From Convolutriloba macropyga (Eukaryota): a DNA stretch of 64,000 nucleotides. Location: positions 2,356,001-2,420,000 of the forward strand of contig NC_134479.1 of assembly GCF_964194025.1 (NCBI RefSeq), written 5' to 3'. Position 1 is the stretch's first letter; each line of letters starts with the position of its first letter. The translations under genes and the position numbers were made by a program. Below, in pieces: positions 49,452-62,830 of the stretch. The notes beneath the pieces were generated by a model. It did no database searches, had not been told where the DNA came from, and saw only the letters and a program-made list of their open reading frames with translations.

Positions 49452-50190
49452 TACCCCAGTTGAGAGGTCGACTTTGTGAAAAGACTTATAAAGTCGACAG
49501 GGGGGGTAATTTCCCTAACTTAAATACACGGTCGGCTTCCTTAGTGATATTCGACCTAAAGTCTTTTCATAAGTCAGCCAACGGTCTTTTCATATCCAAT
49601 ATTGGTCCACCAATACTCTGTTCATATCTGATATCGTCAACTTAAACTCTTTTCATAAGTCGACCAATGGTCTTTTCATATCCAGTACGGTCGACCTTAA
49701 GTCTGCTCATAGGGTTCAGGAGTACTTTAAACTGAGTGTTGAGTACCCCGTATGTACAAAGATAGCATCAGATGCACTAGAAACATGTCAATGATATGAA
49801 ATAGAAGGACAATATGTTGGCTCGAAAAAAGATTTGGAAAGAAAATATTTTTTGTCTTTGGCCATAGTTTTTTTTGCAAACTGAAATAAAACAATTAACA
49901 CCTGAAACAACATTATATGCAAAAACGTATTTGTCAAAACTCTAGGTCAACCATTGCCATATCGGTTGACCTAAAGTTGACTTTGACCATATCGGTCGAC
50001 CTAAAGCCGACCATGACCATTAGGGTTGACCTAAAGTCGACCATGAACATAAGGGCACACATAAAGTCGACCACGACTATTAGCGTCAACATAAAATCAT
50101 TTCATACCCAACATCGGTCGACCATTGTCTTTCTATACCCGATATTGGTCGACCACGGTCTTTTCATAATTCGACGTCTCAACTGGGGTA
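49452..50190. mobile_element. Non-autonomous TIR DNA transposon containing a 30-bp minisatellite
   Basis: TACCCCAGTTGAGAGGTCGA and TCGACGTCTCAACTGGGGTA (20 bp, 1 mismatch, TA outermost); about 5 units of GTCGACCATGACCATATCGGTCGACCTAAA at ~49945-50095. Confidence 0.8.
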
Positions 50191-51699
50191 ATAATTCGTT
50201 TATGTAACAAGAAATGTTTATAAAAGTTTTGGTTGACTTTTGGGTTGACGGTACACTCTTTTTTTTTTGCTAAGAGAGCGCAGTTTGAGTGTCACAAGTA
50301 TATAGAATAGTTGTAGTAAAAATTAAGGAGTTGAGGGTCATTAGTATAGATTAACACTAAATGCCAAGAAAATGAAATAGACGTTTGATTATACAAATTT
50401 TGGGTGTCCAGCAATATCAACGAAACTGACAATTCCTTGTTAACTTGGTTTATTTACCACGGTGATATAATAGATATTTGTTACTGACCAGATTAGGAGT
50501 TTTTTCCTTCATTGAACACAAATCTTTTATCCGCGCTGACCACTCTATTTAATCTTAATTTTATTTATTAATTTTGTATTCTGCATATGCGGATTATTCT
50601 TTCAACTTCTTCTTCGTATCTTCACAGAATACCACGCTTAATTCATTTCAAATAGAAATAAGATTGGGCATAAGCCGATGCTGTAGGTAGAGAACAGCGA
50701 GTAATATTTAATGAAGCTTGTTCGAATTGGACGATTGTGAGCAGCGAAACTTCTGAAGGTTCGGTCGTGGGCCTGTTTTACTTATCCTGTACATCAACTC
50801 AATGCCGCAAACAGTTAGGTTGTACACTCTGATTGACTCCGAAAGTGTTTGTTGGGCTCTTTACAGTTCTGGAACAACCTCATCTTGAATATTTAGCGGA
50901 AATTTAGAATGCATGGCTAAAAAAATTTAATTCCCTCAGAAAAGTTGCAAAGGAGAACATTACGGATTGTACGGTGAACCGTTTCTCTAAAGTATAAGGA
51001 AAAACTGAGGCACCTGAATTTTTCTATAGAATATACAACGAAGAATGTTTCGAATGATCCAGATATTGAAGATCTCGACAGAATTGATAGATACTGTTCA
51101 TAGCCAAAAGCCATAGGCGCCTTCTTCTAGTTGAAACGTACCTTAAGCCAAGTGAAATACAGTAGGTACATGAAGGTAAAGATATACAGTAGCTAAATGC
51201 ATGCAAACATTGTGCCTATACTGATATATGCCTCTCAAGCGTTAATGCCTCGTCGTACAAACATGACCAAAATTGAACGTTTACCTATAATAGCATCCAA
51301 ATGGATGCCTGCCTGTTCAGTGCCCTGCAAAGCACGACTCAAATTTCTCGCGTGGTTACCTTTTTATAGCTAAAAAAGTTAAAAATCGATTTTAAATTGC
51401 TTTATATCTCGAACGTTTTAGCAATGACTTGCATCATCAGGAGTTGAAAACTTGTCAACTTAAATTTTTACAAATGTTCATTATAGAGTAACGTTGCTTG
51501 ATTATCCATTTACATTTTGGAATTTTACTAAAACTCCGACAGGTTTTCACCTCAAAGTTTTTGAAAATGTTAATAGTACCTTAAACCTGTTAATATGAGT
51601 CCTTATCTTTCGAATTGTAGATTTTCGGTTTTCGGATCAAATTAACGTTGCTCGAATGCCATTTCGGAAAATTGTATAGGCATAACATGCTTTCGCACT

Positions 51700-53285
51700 T
51701 AATATTTCAGTGTTAAATACCTGCTCTTGTACTCGTCCCGCATTTTTAGTTGTGGCCTGCGTCTGCTAATGTGTAGAGCTTATATGGTCACAAATTTTTC
51801 GGTATCTTCGCAAGGATGTCTTGAAAGTCTTGAAGTTGGGTACCTTGAAAGTTGTTACAGCCCCACAGCATTCCACAACATGTTTCCAAAGGATGAAACA
51901 TTTTTTGACGCTCCGAATTTCTTGTGATCAAATATCGACAAGTTTGGCCGAAATAGTTGGACCTGCATCCACAACACTGAGTTTGTAGACCACACGATCT
52001 TTCAGATTGCTATGAAAAGTAGACTTCAGGGACCTTAAACAAGTTCTCAGCTTTCGCGTGGTAAAGATGGTTGTCAATTTACATTTTTTCAATTTTGGCT
52101 GCAATTGAAGACTAATGTTACCTCGGTACTGCGAGAAAAATAATTGTTTTTTTTTTGTATTTCAATGGTTTCTGCTTCCTCTGTTGTATTTTCCCGCCAC
52201 CACTATTCAGTTTAGATTTGAATAAGTGTTTTTGTTTGTAAAGCATCGTTGATTAGCCTGGAAGTCCATCCATAAGGGTATTGATTTTTAACCATTTTTT
52301 TCCTTTAGAGCTTTGTCAAAATTTTTACCAACTGCTGGTGCTTCTAAAAACGCGGCGAACACAATATTTCAACAATATTTTGTTATATTGGATTAATGTA
52401 CAGCTACGGAAATTCAAGAAAACTCCCGTATCATTTGATTTCTTGTACAACACACAATTGATTTCTTTACAGCTTTTTACATTGATGTTCAAGTCTAAAA
52501 ACGCTGAATTTCCGTTTTCGTCTGTCCTCTCCATTGTGAATTCCTTTTTTTATAAAGGGGGTCAAAGTTTCTGAATAACCTCACCAGTTCATCATTTACG
52601 GTAGAAAATATATCGTCTACTTAACTTTCGAACAATTTTCTTTTAGTTTCTGGTTTACTACCTAGCTTGTTAACTTTTTGACAATTAGAGCAATACAATA
52701 CCACTCCATGTACTGCACGTAAACGTAAAATTGATCATCAATACTGCGGATTTTTACATAAAACAAACTTTGTTTTTATCTCACATTCGACTGCTTTTCC
52801 TCTCTAAGTGGCTCAACGGTTGCATTCAGGGCAGGCTTCAAGATCAATTGTAGGCACTTATTAACGATATCTTTCGTTGACTTGATCTGATGTTAAAATG
52901 ATTTCATCCAAATTTTTGCAGGAGTTACTGCAAGTGAATCTGCCACCGCTAAGCCATCCACCTGACGAAACCATCGGTCATTACATTTAAAACAAACATT
53001 TGTCACAGCTAGCTCCAATAGTAATTTCAAAGTTGATCTTGATATCTGTGGGGCCTGGTCATCAATGTACAGGCTATTTGAAGCTATTTCAATTGATTCC
53101 TTAACTGGGACGTTTGCATATAGGCTAATCAAGTCCAAAAAACAATGCTCTCATCTGACACCAATTGGATGAATTCAAGATTCCGTGCATTGAGCGTCAA
53201 CGTCTCAATGATAGCACCCGGTACTCTATCAAAAAGTGGCCAGAGGAATTCCTTCAAATTGTAATAACTACTGCCTGGTGTACAC
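51700..53285 (-). mobile_element. Penelope-like retroelement remnant (RT and GIY-YIG endonuclease), interrupted at ~52650-52890
   Basis: DLISLYANVPV, FRQVDGLAVADSLA, AFLDLNI..YKKSNDTG; GIY-YIG-like RVVYKLS.CGCRSNYFGQTCRYL near 51910-52000. Confidence 0.85.
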
Positions 53286-53699
53286 TACATTTAAATTAAT
53301 ATATTTCATTTTTTTTAAAATAATATAAAAAAATATAATTTATTTTCAGAGCAAACTTTTTTCGTTCGAAGAAAAACAAAACTATTTTATTAGAAGAGAT
53401 ACAAAAAAATTTGCCGATGAAAAGTTCATAAGAAGTCCTCCTCTTGCAAATTGGAGAACAATTTATTAAAAAAACGGCAATGAAATGTTTGCAGAGTTTA
53501 ACAGAATTATTTAGACAATGCTCGAGAAAAACGCACCAACTGAGAAAAATTAAATTTCAGATATTAAAAAAAATTACTGCATATAGGCTTGATTGACAAA
53601 AGAAATTAAATGTTAGTTGCCGAGAATCATCGATACTTCAATAACTACAAATTGACACATTGTGTTGAATTATTTGTGTCATTAATAAAGTATCACAAC

Positions 53700-55020
53700 C
53701 TTGTAAGTTGAAAGTTAAAAGAAGCCGGAACCAATGTTCAGAGTATTTTATAAGAAAATCGAAACCTCATAAGAGATATGGAAATTCATTGACAAAAATT
53801 GAAAAAAAAACAGTCCAAACATCACTGAAATTGATGGAAAAGGTTAGAAAACGAAAAACAAAAAGTCAATTTGCAACGCTTTTAACAGAGTTCTCAACAA
53901 AAATGGCATCTACAAAGGGCAGATTATTCCATCAAACAATAGAACACAAAATTCAAGAGTTTAATTTTAGACTTTTTACTTTTAGGGAAATCAATAAGTT
54001 AATGACAATCATCAGCAACAAACGTGGGCATTGAAACCCGGAAATTATGCTTGCGGAACAAATCTTGAGATCATGTTTAACAATTGTATTAGAGAAAAAC
54101 AACTATTTGAACAATTAAAAAGGATGCAAACATCACATCAATTTTCACTGAAAGAGGTATATCAGTTTTAACTAATTATGGTACATTTTCCGTACCTTAA
54201 ATTTTGCGAAAGTTTTTGGAAGACTTACTTTATCATTTAGTGGACTTATTTAAAAAATACGCGCTTTTGAGCAAAGAGCAATTCAATTTCCAATCTAGAA
54301 AAATTTCTGCTGATGCTCTATGTTATTTTAATGGAAAAAAAGAAATAAGGAGGATAACAAGGACACAGTTGTGCTGTTTTCTTAGATATTTCAATTTCTA
54401 AAAGCTTTCAATTTAATTCCACATATGATCTTTATGAAGAAAGCTCAAAATTTCAATCTCTCTCAATCAAAATATTTAATTCTCAAATCTTTATTCGCAA
54501 ATTGAACACAATGCGTAATTGGGTATTGACTTATCAGACACAATGACCATTAATCATAGTGCTCCACAAGGAATTGTATTAGGGCCTCTTATTTTTCTTT
54601 TATAGGTCAACGATTTTTCTCAAAGAGAGAACGGTGAATTTTATGTTGTTCAATTTGCGGATGACAGTAGTATTATATGCAAAGTTGAAATTTTTGAAGT
54701 TATTCCACGAAAAATCGAAAAATAGACTTATAACTGACAGAGAATCAACTAACTTTAAAAGCCGATAAAACAGAGATGCTATTCTTTACCAATCATACTA
54801 ATTCGCATTCAGAGTTTACTTTCAAAATTGAAGTTATGAAACCAGCGCATGCTTGTCGGTATCTGGGAGTACAAATTGATTCAAACCAAACCTTTGTAGA
54901 TCACTAGAACTCAGTTTCAAATAAAATCGCTAATGCAATTCGTCCTCTGTACTTTGTAAGAAATCAAATTCTTTTAAAGTAAGAATTGATGTTTTCAAGT
55001 CAGTTGTACTCTCATCTTTC
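53700..55020 (+). mobile_element. Degenerate non-LTR (LINE, CR1/L2-like) RT fragment
   Basis: APQGIVLGPLIFLL near 54560, QFADDS near 54651, RYLGVQID near 54857; many stops. Confidence 0.8.
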
Positions 55021-55183
55021 TGTAATAACTCACCTTGTGGTATATCAGGCTAACATAAGCAGAGCTTTGGTTGAACAGTAGCATGCCTGACCCCGGTTCT
55101 GGAGATAGTAGTTTCGAGTCTTCCAAGCTCTAATACCTTAGCATTATATTCAGTAAGCTATTACCAGAGTTGGGCTGATGACT
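55021..55183 (+). mobile_element. tRNA-bearing inverted-repeat element (copy 2, more decayed)
   Basis: TGTAATAACTC..TGTGGTATATCAGGCTAAC, then agagctttgg...gtagcatgcc...ggttctggagat...ttcgagtc..aagctct (55061-55131). Confidence 0.75.
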
Positions 55184-55192
55184 TTTTTGCAC

Positions 55193-55394
55193 TGTTCAAT
55201 GTCAAAAGAACTTTCAAGGTCTGAACAAAATTGTAACCAAGAATTAACACGTGCCCTAACAAAGTCACAAGAAATGTAACTTTCAAAACGACAAGTTTGT
55301 TTCCGTTTGGATTCAAAAAGCTATACATAAGCGAAAAAAGCGTTGAAGCAGAGCTTCATTAGTAATCGAATATATTGAAATGAACTTGTATTCA
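55193..55394 (+). repeat. 5' LTR of Bel-Pao element
   Basis: TGTT...TTCA; 8 mismatches against the 3' LTR by manual alignment. Confidence 0.95.
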
Positions 55395-58300
55395 TTTCTG
55401 GTCCGCCGAATATAATCATAGGATATACCTTAGAATTAGTGTGAGTAAACGCACGCGCTTAGGAACAGCTCACATTAGACATTAGATTCTCTATCGGGGG
55501 AGGTACATAAGACTAAGATAGGCTAAGTTGGGGTATCAAAAATATACTAATCATAAAAAAACCGGATAACCACTAGATAACCATCCACCCTCAGTTCATT
55601 TAAGTTGATTAACTTAAATTTACTGACAGGTTGAATAACCCGGGTCCCGGAACAAGAGTTATCTAGTGGGGAAACAAATATATGTCAAGTGTTTTTTGAG
55701 TCAATTTTTTAAAACCAAGGAGGGCAAAACCGTCACGCTAGGTAGCATTAATCGTCCCCTCTGCGGTTCTAAGACTAATTGTGAAGTTTTTCGTGTGTTT
55801 TTCGGTTGTCTTATTGGTCGAGGGGACAGATAGTGGGGTTCTTTTTGGCTTTTTCTTTGTTTACATCTAGCAACAATCATCCGCATCAAAGACACCCAAA
55901 CCAAAGACCGACACAGCGAAAACAAAGACCCAGCAAAGACCAACACAGCAAAGACAAAGACACAGCAAAGAACAACAGAGCAAAGGCAACGACACAGCAA
56001 AGAAAAAGCAACTAATTAGTCACCAAAGCCACAGACAAAGGACAAATTGCCAAACAAAAGTCTTCAACAATGACAGAAAACCTCGAGAGATTGAAAAAGT
56101 CAAGAACAGCCCACCGCACCGTTGCAACCAGATTAAACAACGAAGCCAAAACAATTACAGAAAGACCTGGACAAAATGTCAGTGAAGAGGAGCTCATACG
56201 ACTGGAACAAATCTCGACATTGTTGAAAAAAACAGTTGTAACTGTCAGACATGAATCAGAAAATTCAAAACCTGATCGATGACACCGACAGACTCGACGA
56301 AGAAACCAAAGAATTGGAAGATTAAGACAAGATAGGATAACATGTTGATCTAATCAACCGCTTTGTCATGTGCAAAAAAAACCCAGCCAGAACTTCAACA
56401 CCACGATTCGCTACTGGACCACCGTCCATCACCAACGTGAAGCTGCCGAAGCTGGAATTGCCAACTTTTTGTGGAGACTACAAGGATTGGACGTCTTTCT
56501 TCGACCAGTTCAATGGAGCAGTGACAAGCAACAGCCAGATAAGAGACAGCCAAAAGTTGCAGTATCTAAAAACATCAGTGAAAGGAGACGTCGCAAAGCT
56601 TTTGACCTCTCTCCAAATCACAGACGCAAATTTCAGTACAGCATGCGACATCCTGAGGAACAGATACGCCAACAAACGTCTGATTCTACGAGCCCATGTT
56701 CAGGCAATAGTTTCACACAAGCCGGTAACAAATGAAAACCCAAAGGCACTTCGAGATCTCATGGAGACAATAGAATAACTAAAATTAGCGCTCAGCAACC
56801 TTGGACAGCCCGTGGACGATCAGGGCATCTTTTTCGTGTACCTCATTGCAGAGAAATTGCCCGCCAAAACGAGAAAATGTTGGGAATTTTCAACACCAGG
56901 AAGAAATCCCCAACGCTATCTTGATATGAAAAACTTCATGGAAGAAAGAAAACGCGCCCTTGAAGCAGGCGCACAGCAGTCAGCAACAGTCATTGACAAG
57001 AAGCCCACAAGCAGCCCACAGCTTCGAAGTTTTCATTCACATATAGCCAAATCAGCGACTACAACGTGTGAATGTTGCGACGAAAACCACAAAATTTATC
57101 AATGCCAAAGCTTCAAAGCACTTTCAGTACAGGACCGAGCTCAGTTGATCAAGACAAAAGGACTTTGCTTCAACTGCCTACGCCCTAGACATCGAGGTGA
57201 ACATTGCAATAGTTCAACTTGTAAGAAATTCAAACGAAAGCACAACAGTCTTTTACATTTGGAAGCCAATAACAACTCGAGGACAGCTTCAACAGCGCCA
57301 ACAGTTACAACTAGCAGCACGTCACCACAAGAAGCAAGCAATCAAGCAGGAAAAACAGTCAACAAAAACAAAGAAAAATTTACAGCCGCAGCACAGTCGC
57401 AGAATGAAGAAGAAGAAGAAGAAGAAGTATTTCTTCCCACCGCAATCGTTTTAGTTGACAACAACGGAAAAACAACCGATATTAGAGCAATTTTAGCCTC
57501 AGGATTCCATAGCAACCTCATCACGGAAGATGCAGTACAACGCCTTGGATTGAAAAAAGAAAAAGCCGACGGCCGAGTTTTTGGACTCGGAGTTCAAGAA
57601 GTCAACAAAAGCAAAAGATCAGTAAACTTGATTCTGAAAACGAAGGACGAAGACTTCATCAACATCAGAGCAACCATCTTAGCCAAATTGACCGGCAATC
57701 TGCCTTCACATCACGTGAATGTCAGCGGTTGGACAAGACTTCAGGACCTCAGTCTTGCGGACCCAAACTTCAAGCAGCCATCCACCTTTGACTTGATAAT
57801 TGGAGCAGGACACAATGAAGAACTGATGATTGGAGACAACAGAATAAAGGAGCCTCAAAAGCCAATTACCTACCGTCTATCTTGTTTTGGTGGGCTCGTG
57901 ATCGGACGTGAGAGCCCACTTGAAAAGAAGAGTACTCAACTTCAGTCTTTTTTCATTTGTTCAGAACCAGACAATTTACAGCAATTCTGGGAAATTGAAG
58001 AAATTCCGACAACAACACAAGGGACATCAGAAGAACAGAAATCCGACGATCACTTCAAAAGTACCACCCGACGCAACTCAGAGGAAGGTTTGTTGTGAAA
58101 CTCCCTTTCAAAGAAGACTCCAAAACCCTGGGTGACTCGTATCATCAAGCGAAAAGAAGACTACGGAGCCTCATCTTCCGACAAGAGAAACAACCTGATG
58201 TATACAACAGATATAGTCAGTTCATTCAGGAATTCATTCAACTTGGACACATGGAAGAAGTTCCCAGAAATAAAATTCAAATGCCTGCCACAAATTGTTT

Positions 58301-61300
58301 CTACTTGCCACATCCTTGTGTCATCAAGGACGCCAGCAGAACAACTGAACTCAGAGTCGTTTTTAATGCTTCAGCTGAGTCAGCTAGTGGAGTATCTTTA
58401 AACGACCCTTTCTTGGTTGGACCTCAACTTCAAAAGGATCTGTTTGGAATGCTGATTCGTTTTCGGTTCCGTCAAGTAGCACTATCTGCCGACATTGTCA
58501 AGATGTACCGACAAGTTCAGCTTGACGATGAAGACATGGATTTTACAGGGTTTTTGTGGAAAAATCCAAATGACACAGAGGTGAAAACATACAGAATGAC
58601 AAGAGTAACCTATGGAATAGCATCATCTTCCCACCACTCAATTAGAACTCTCAAAGCCTTAGCAGACAGTTGCACCAACAGCAACCTCCGCCTTGCAATC
58701 AATAACGACATGTATTTGGGCGATTTGCTAACAGGAGCCTCAGATGTTGAGCACGCAACTCAATTACAGGACAAAATCATCTCAACACTGAAAACAGTTT
58801 TTTTTGATATACAAAAATGGACATCAACTGTTTCGTCACTTGTTGAGCGATTGCGTTCCAGTTTTCGCGAAACTTCAGAAGAAATGATAATCAACAGCAA
58901 CGACTACGCAGTCAAAACCCTTGGAATAAAGTGGAGCCCTTTTCCAGATCGTTTCACCTGCACAGTTGCCTGGACAAGGATTTTCCCACTACAAAGAGGA
59001 AGTCACAGAGTTGTTTGACCCACTCGGATGGTTGTCACCAACAACAAATCAGTTGAAATCCTTCTTGCAAATACTTTGGATGGACAAGTTGACCTGGGAC
59101 GAAACCCTATCGTTAATCATCCTAGCACAATACGAAAGATTTCGGCTTCAACTCAAAGAACTGGAGAAGATCAAACTTGAGCGACGAGTTTTTGCAGCAC
59201 CTTTTTCGTCATCTTTGGAGCTTCATGTGTTTTGTGACGCCTCAACCACAGCCTATGCCGCAGTTGTCTACGTGCAAGTGCAAATGGACGATTGAGTGCA
59301 CACACAAATGCTGACAGCCAAAACACGCGTTGCCCCAATCAAAACTTTATGTGTCCCACGTTTAGAACTCTGTGCAGCACTTCTTGGAGCACAATTGTCT
59401 CGAGCAGTGAAAGAAGCCATCAATGGCAGCCGTTTTCCCAACCCCAAAGTCTTTGCTTGGACCGATTCACAAGTGACTCTCGCCTGGATTATAGACATCC
59501 CCAGGAAATGGAAGACTTTCGTTGCAAAACGAGTTGCCAAGATTAAGAGCATCATTCCTTAAGAGAATTGGAATTTTGTACCAACAGAAGACAATCCAGC
59601 TGACTGCGCATCACGAGGAATTTCAACCGACAATCTTCTTAATCACCAATTTTGGTGGAAAGGACCCAATTGGTTGCGTCAAGACGAGCAGTTTTGGCCT
59701 TCATGGGATGTTACACCTCTCTGTAACGCCTCAAATGACGCTTTAGCCGAAGTAAACTCATCAGCCCAACTATTTCTAGTAATGCAGCATCAGAAGCAAG
59801 ACAACAGAAAATTAGATCTTATCAGCAGAGAGGCTTCAATGTATCGACTTGTAAGAGTGTTCACTTACGTCAAACTATTCACTCAACGACTACAAGCAAG
59901 AAAAAAGAGAAGGTCAAGCAACAATCACAGTCAGTCGCTACCTGCAATTGATCATTCATGTACGTATCAAAAACCAAAACCAAAAGCATTTTCCAACAAA
60001 GAGCCGAACGGGAATCTTCAACCAAAATCTTCTGACAACGACCAAGATCATCAGCATCTAGAACACACGATTAAATCTCGAGACCGATCTTTAAACAATT
60101 TCACAGAAAAATTGTTTGTAACCAACCAGCAGGAAAACCCATGCGAAGATTCGGGTTTCTCCAGCAACAATCAAGACGCACCTCATCTGCAGAATATCTG
60201 CTGTCGAAACGATTCCCAACAACCACAGTCCCTTCTTCAGAGCAGCCATAAAGACCAATCCCTACAGCCAAACAATCATCACCGCAGTCAAAAAGCAGAA
60301 AATTTGTGCGCGCAGCACCCTCCTATCAAGCACACAAAAACAAGAGCAATCTACGCAATGTTTGAATCGACTTCAGCAAACAACCACTGAAATCCAGTCA
60401 ACACCGACAGACTTGGTTCCACCATCCAGCAATTTTCTTTCAACACCAGACGATCATCATGAATTGTGCAGCTTTCTTAACCCAAATGAACAACATATGC
60501 ACTTCAAAAAACAACGTCTTAATGAAAGGCAACAAATACAATACGAATCAATGGAGGACAAATCACAGAACTAATCTTTTTATGATCTACAGACGGATTT
60601 ATCAGCAAGTCTTTCATTGCCAACAAGCATTATATCAACAGATAAGAAGAAGAAACTACACATCACAGCAAAAAGACAAATTGGTGTTTGTCATCAATTT
60701 TCCCCATCAAATCTCCGCTCAGCGAGAATAGCGCTTTACAGCATCATGCAACAGCTCTTTCTGTCGGAATTCAGGTATATAAAAGGATCAACAACACCAG
60801 AAGACTCAACTTCAAACCTACCAGTTGAGTCATCCAAGCGTATCAAGAAAAACGGTCATCTACTCAGCCTCTCCCCATTCTTCGACGAAGACAACAACGT
60901 CATCCGCGTTGGTGGTCGTCTTGCAAATTCCCCGTATAGCGTGGACAAAAAGTTCCCCATAATAATTCCAAAAACATCTCCACTAGCCGAGTTACTCATC
61001 CGAGAAAGTCTTTTGAGAAACCTTCACAGTTGATCCCAGATGATCCTTTTTGCCCTCCGACAAACAGTTTGGATTCCTAGAGGAATTGCCAGTGTTAAGA
61101 AAGTTGTTCACAACTGTAAGCCCTGCATACGATTAGACGCCCGCATACGCCAGCCATTAATGGGAGATCTGCCAGCAGAACGAATAGTTGAATCTTTTGC
61201 CTTCAAATTCACTTGGATGAGGTATTGCGTTTTACACCGAAGATTCTTCACAAAAACTGCAAAAATCATACGCAGCTATATTCATCTGTTTCACCACAAA

Positions 61301-62340
61301 GGCGTTACACTTAGAGCCAGTGGAAAATCTAATCAAAGAAGATTGCCTCGATACCCTCAAGAGATTCACTGGAAGACGCAGTACTCCGCAAGCAATTTAC
61401 AATGACAATTTAGCAACGATCATTGGAGCCCGAGGGGAACTCGAATTCAGACGACTTCTTCGAGATGAAGAGTTCAAGGACCTCATTAACAATTTTGCGA
61501 GCCAAAACCACATCGATTGGTTTATAAAACCACCCAGGACGCCACATTTTGGAGGACTGTGGGAAGCAGCTGTTAAATCTATGAAGCGCCATCTTAACAG
61601 AACGGTTGGATCGACTAAGTTATCAACCAGTGCTTTCATAACTCTCCTGACACAAATTGAGGCCATCCTCAATTCTCGTCCTCTAACAGCACCGACATCA
61701 ATGATCCACTAGCTTTATCGCCTGGTCATTTCAACATCGGAAGACCCATCACAGCTATACCCGAGCCATCTTCACCAAAGATCAACACCTTATCGCGACA
61801 TTGGAGGAATATAGACAAAATGATTCGTCAGTTCTGGAAGAAATGGAGTGTCGAATACTTATCTTCATTGCAGCAGCGGAACAAATGGAGGACAGAAAAC
61901 GTACAACCAGCAGTGGACGATATTGTGATCATCAAAGAAGACAACACTCCCCCAATGTGTTGGCCGCTTGCTCGTATAATACAGACATTTAACGGTAATG
62001 ACAACATTATTCGTGTTGTTCAAGTGAAAACACAAACTGGAGTTTACATCAGACCAGTCAGTCGCCTCATTCCCCTTCATCGAGGAGAACCAGAAGATCG
62101 TGGAGCAGAATCATAAAGGACTAAACTTTGAGAAACACCCGAAGATTCTCAATTGGTTTGATCAAACCTTCGACAATATTTACAGAATCATTTTTGTATG
62201 AAATTGATAACATTTCTGACTATTTTCACAAAAACCAAGTTGTCAGTTTCAACAAAATCATCTTCTTTGTACCCTCAACTGTACTCGCAAGGTAATAACA
62301 AAGGATGTCACAATCGAACGAGTTCAAGGAGGCCGGGAAA

Positions 62341-62542
62341 TGTTCAAGGTCAAAAGAACTTTCAAGGTCTCAACAAAATTGTAACCAAGAATTACCACGT
62401 GCCCTAACAAAGTCTCAAGAATTGTAACTTTCAAAACGACAAGTTTGTTTCCGTTTGGATTCAAAAAGCTATACATAAGCGAAAAAAGCGTTGAAGCAGA
62501 GCTTCCTTAGTAATCGAATATATTGGATTGAACTTGTATTCA
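62341..62542 (+). repeat. 3' LTR of Bel-Pao element
   Basis: Direct repeat of 55193-55394, preceded by the PPT. Confidence 0.95.
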
Positions 62543-62547
62543 CGCAC

Positions 62548-62830
62548 TGTTGATGTCTTCTTCATACTTCAGAGCAATTTATCCCCAGCGCTATAAATTT
62601 CTTGAAACTGGGAGCAATCAAGAACTTTAGCCAGCTTTGTTTGATACGATTGCCTCTTCATCTCAGAAAATCCCATGCCTTTATCAAAAGGTGCAGCCAC
62701 GATGTCGTTATCTTTTAAAATTTTTGACACCTTCACAACACCTCTGTCGGCGGGTGTTCCGTTTACGTTTTTAGCGTACCATTTTGCAGAGGCTTCACCA
62801 TCACAGTTTTTCACCATTTTTGACTATCTA
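62548..62830 (-). mobile_element. Penelope-like element N-terminal RT fragment (DKG motif)
   Basis: LKDNDIVAAPFDKGMGFSEMKRQSYQTKL matches the Penelope DKG region. Confidence 0.75.

Larger units (their letters stand above)
55193..62542 (+). mobile_element. Full-length but inactivated Bel-Pao LTR retrotransposon
   Basis: Two 202-bp LTRs, TSD tgcac/cgcac, PBS-like TGGTCC at 55399, PPT-like GGAGGCCGGGAAA; KLPKLELPTFCGD, Cys/His knuckles, RVVFNASA, ADIVKMYRQV, FCDAS, PRLELCAA, PHFGGLWEAAVKS; catalytic motifs decayed (ASG for DSG, YLGD for YVDD), stops and frameshifts. Confidence 0.95.

Noticed and set aside
49917-50207. ORF with 10-aa repeats, or a CRISPR-like array
   Set aside because: Plain 30-bp tandem repeat with no unique spacers, inside a TIR element
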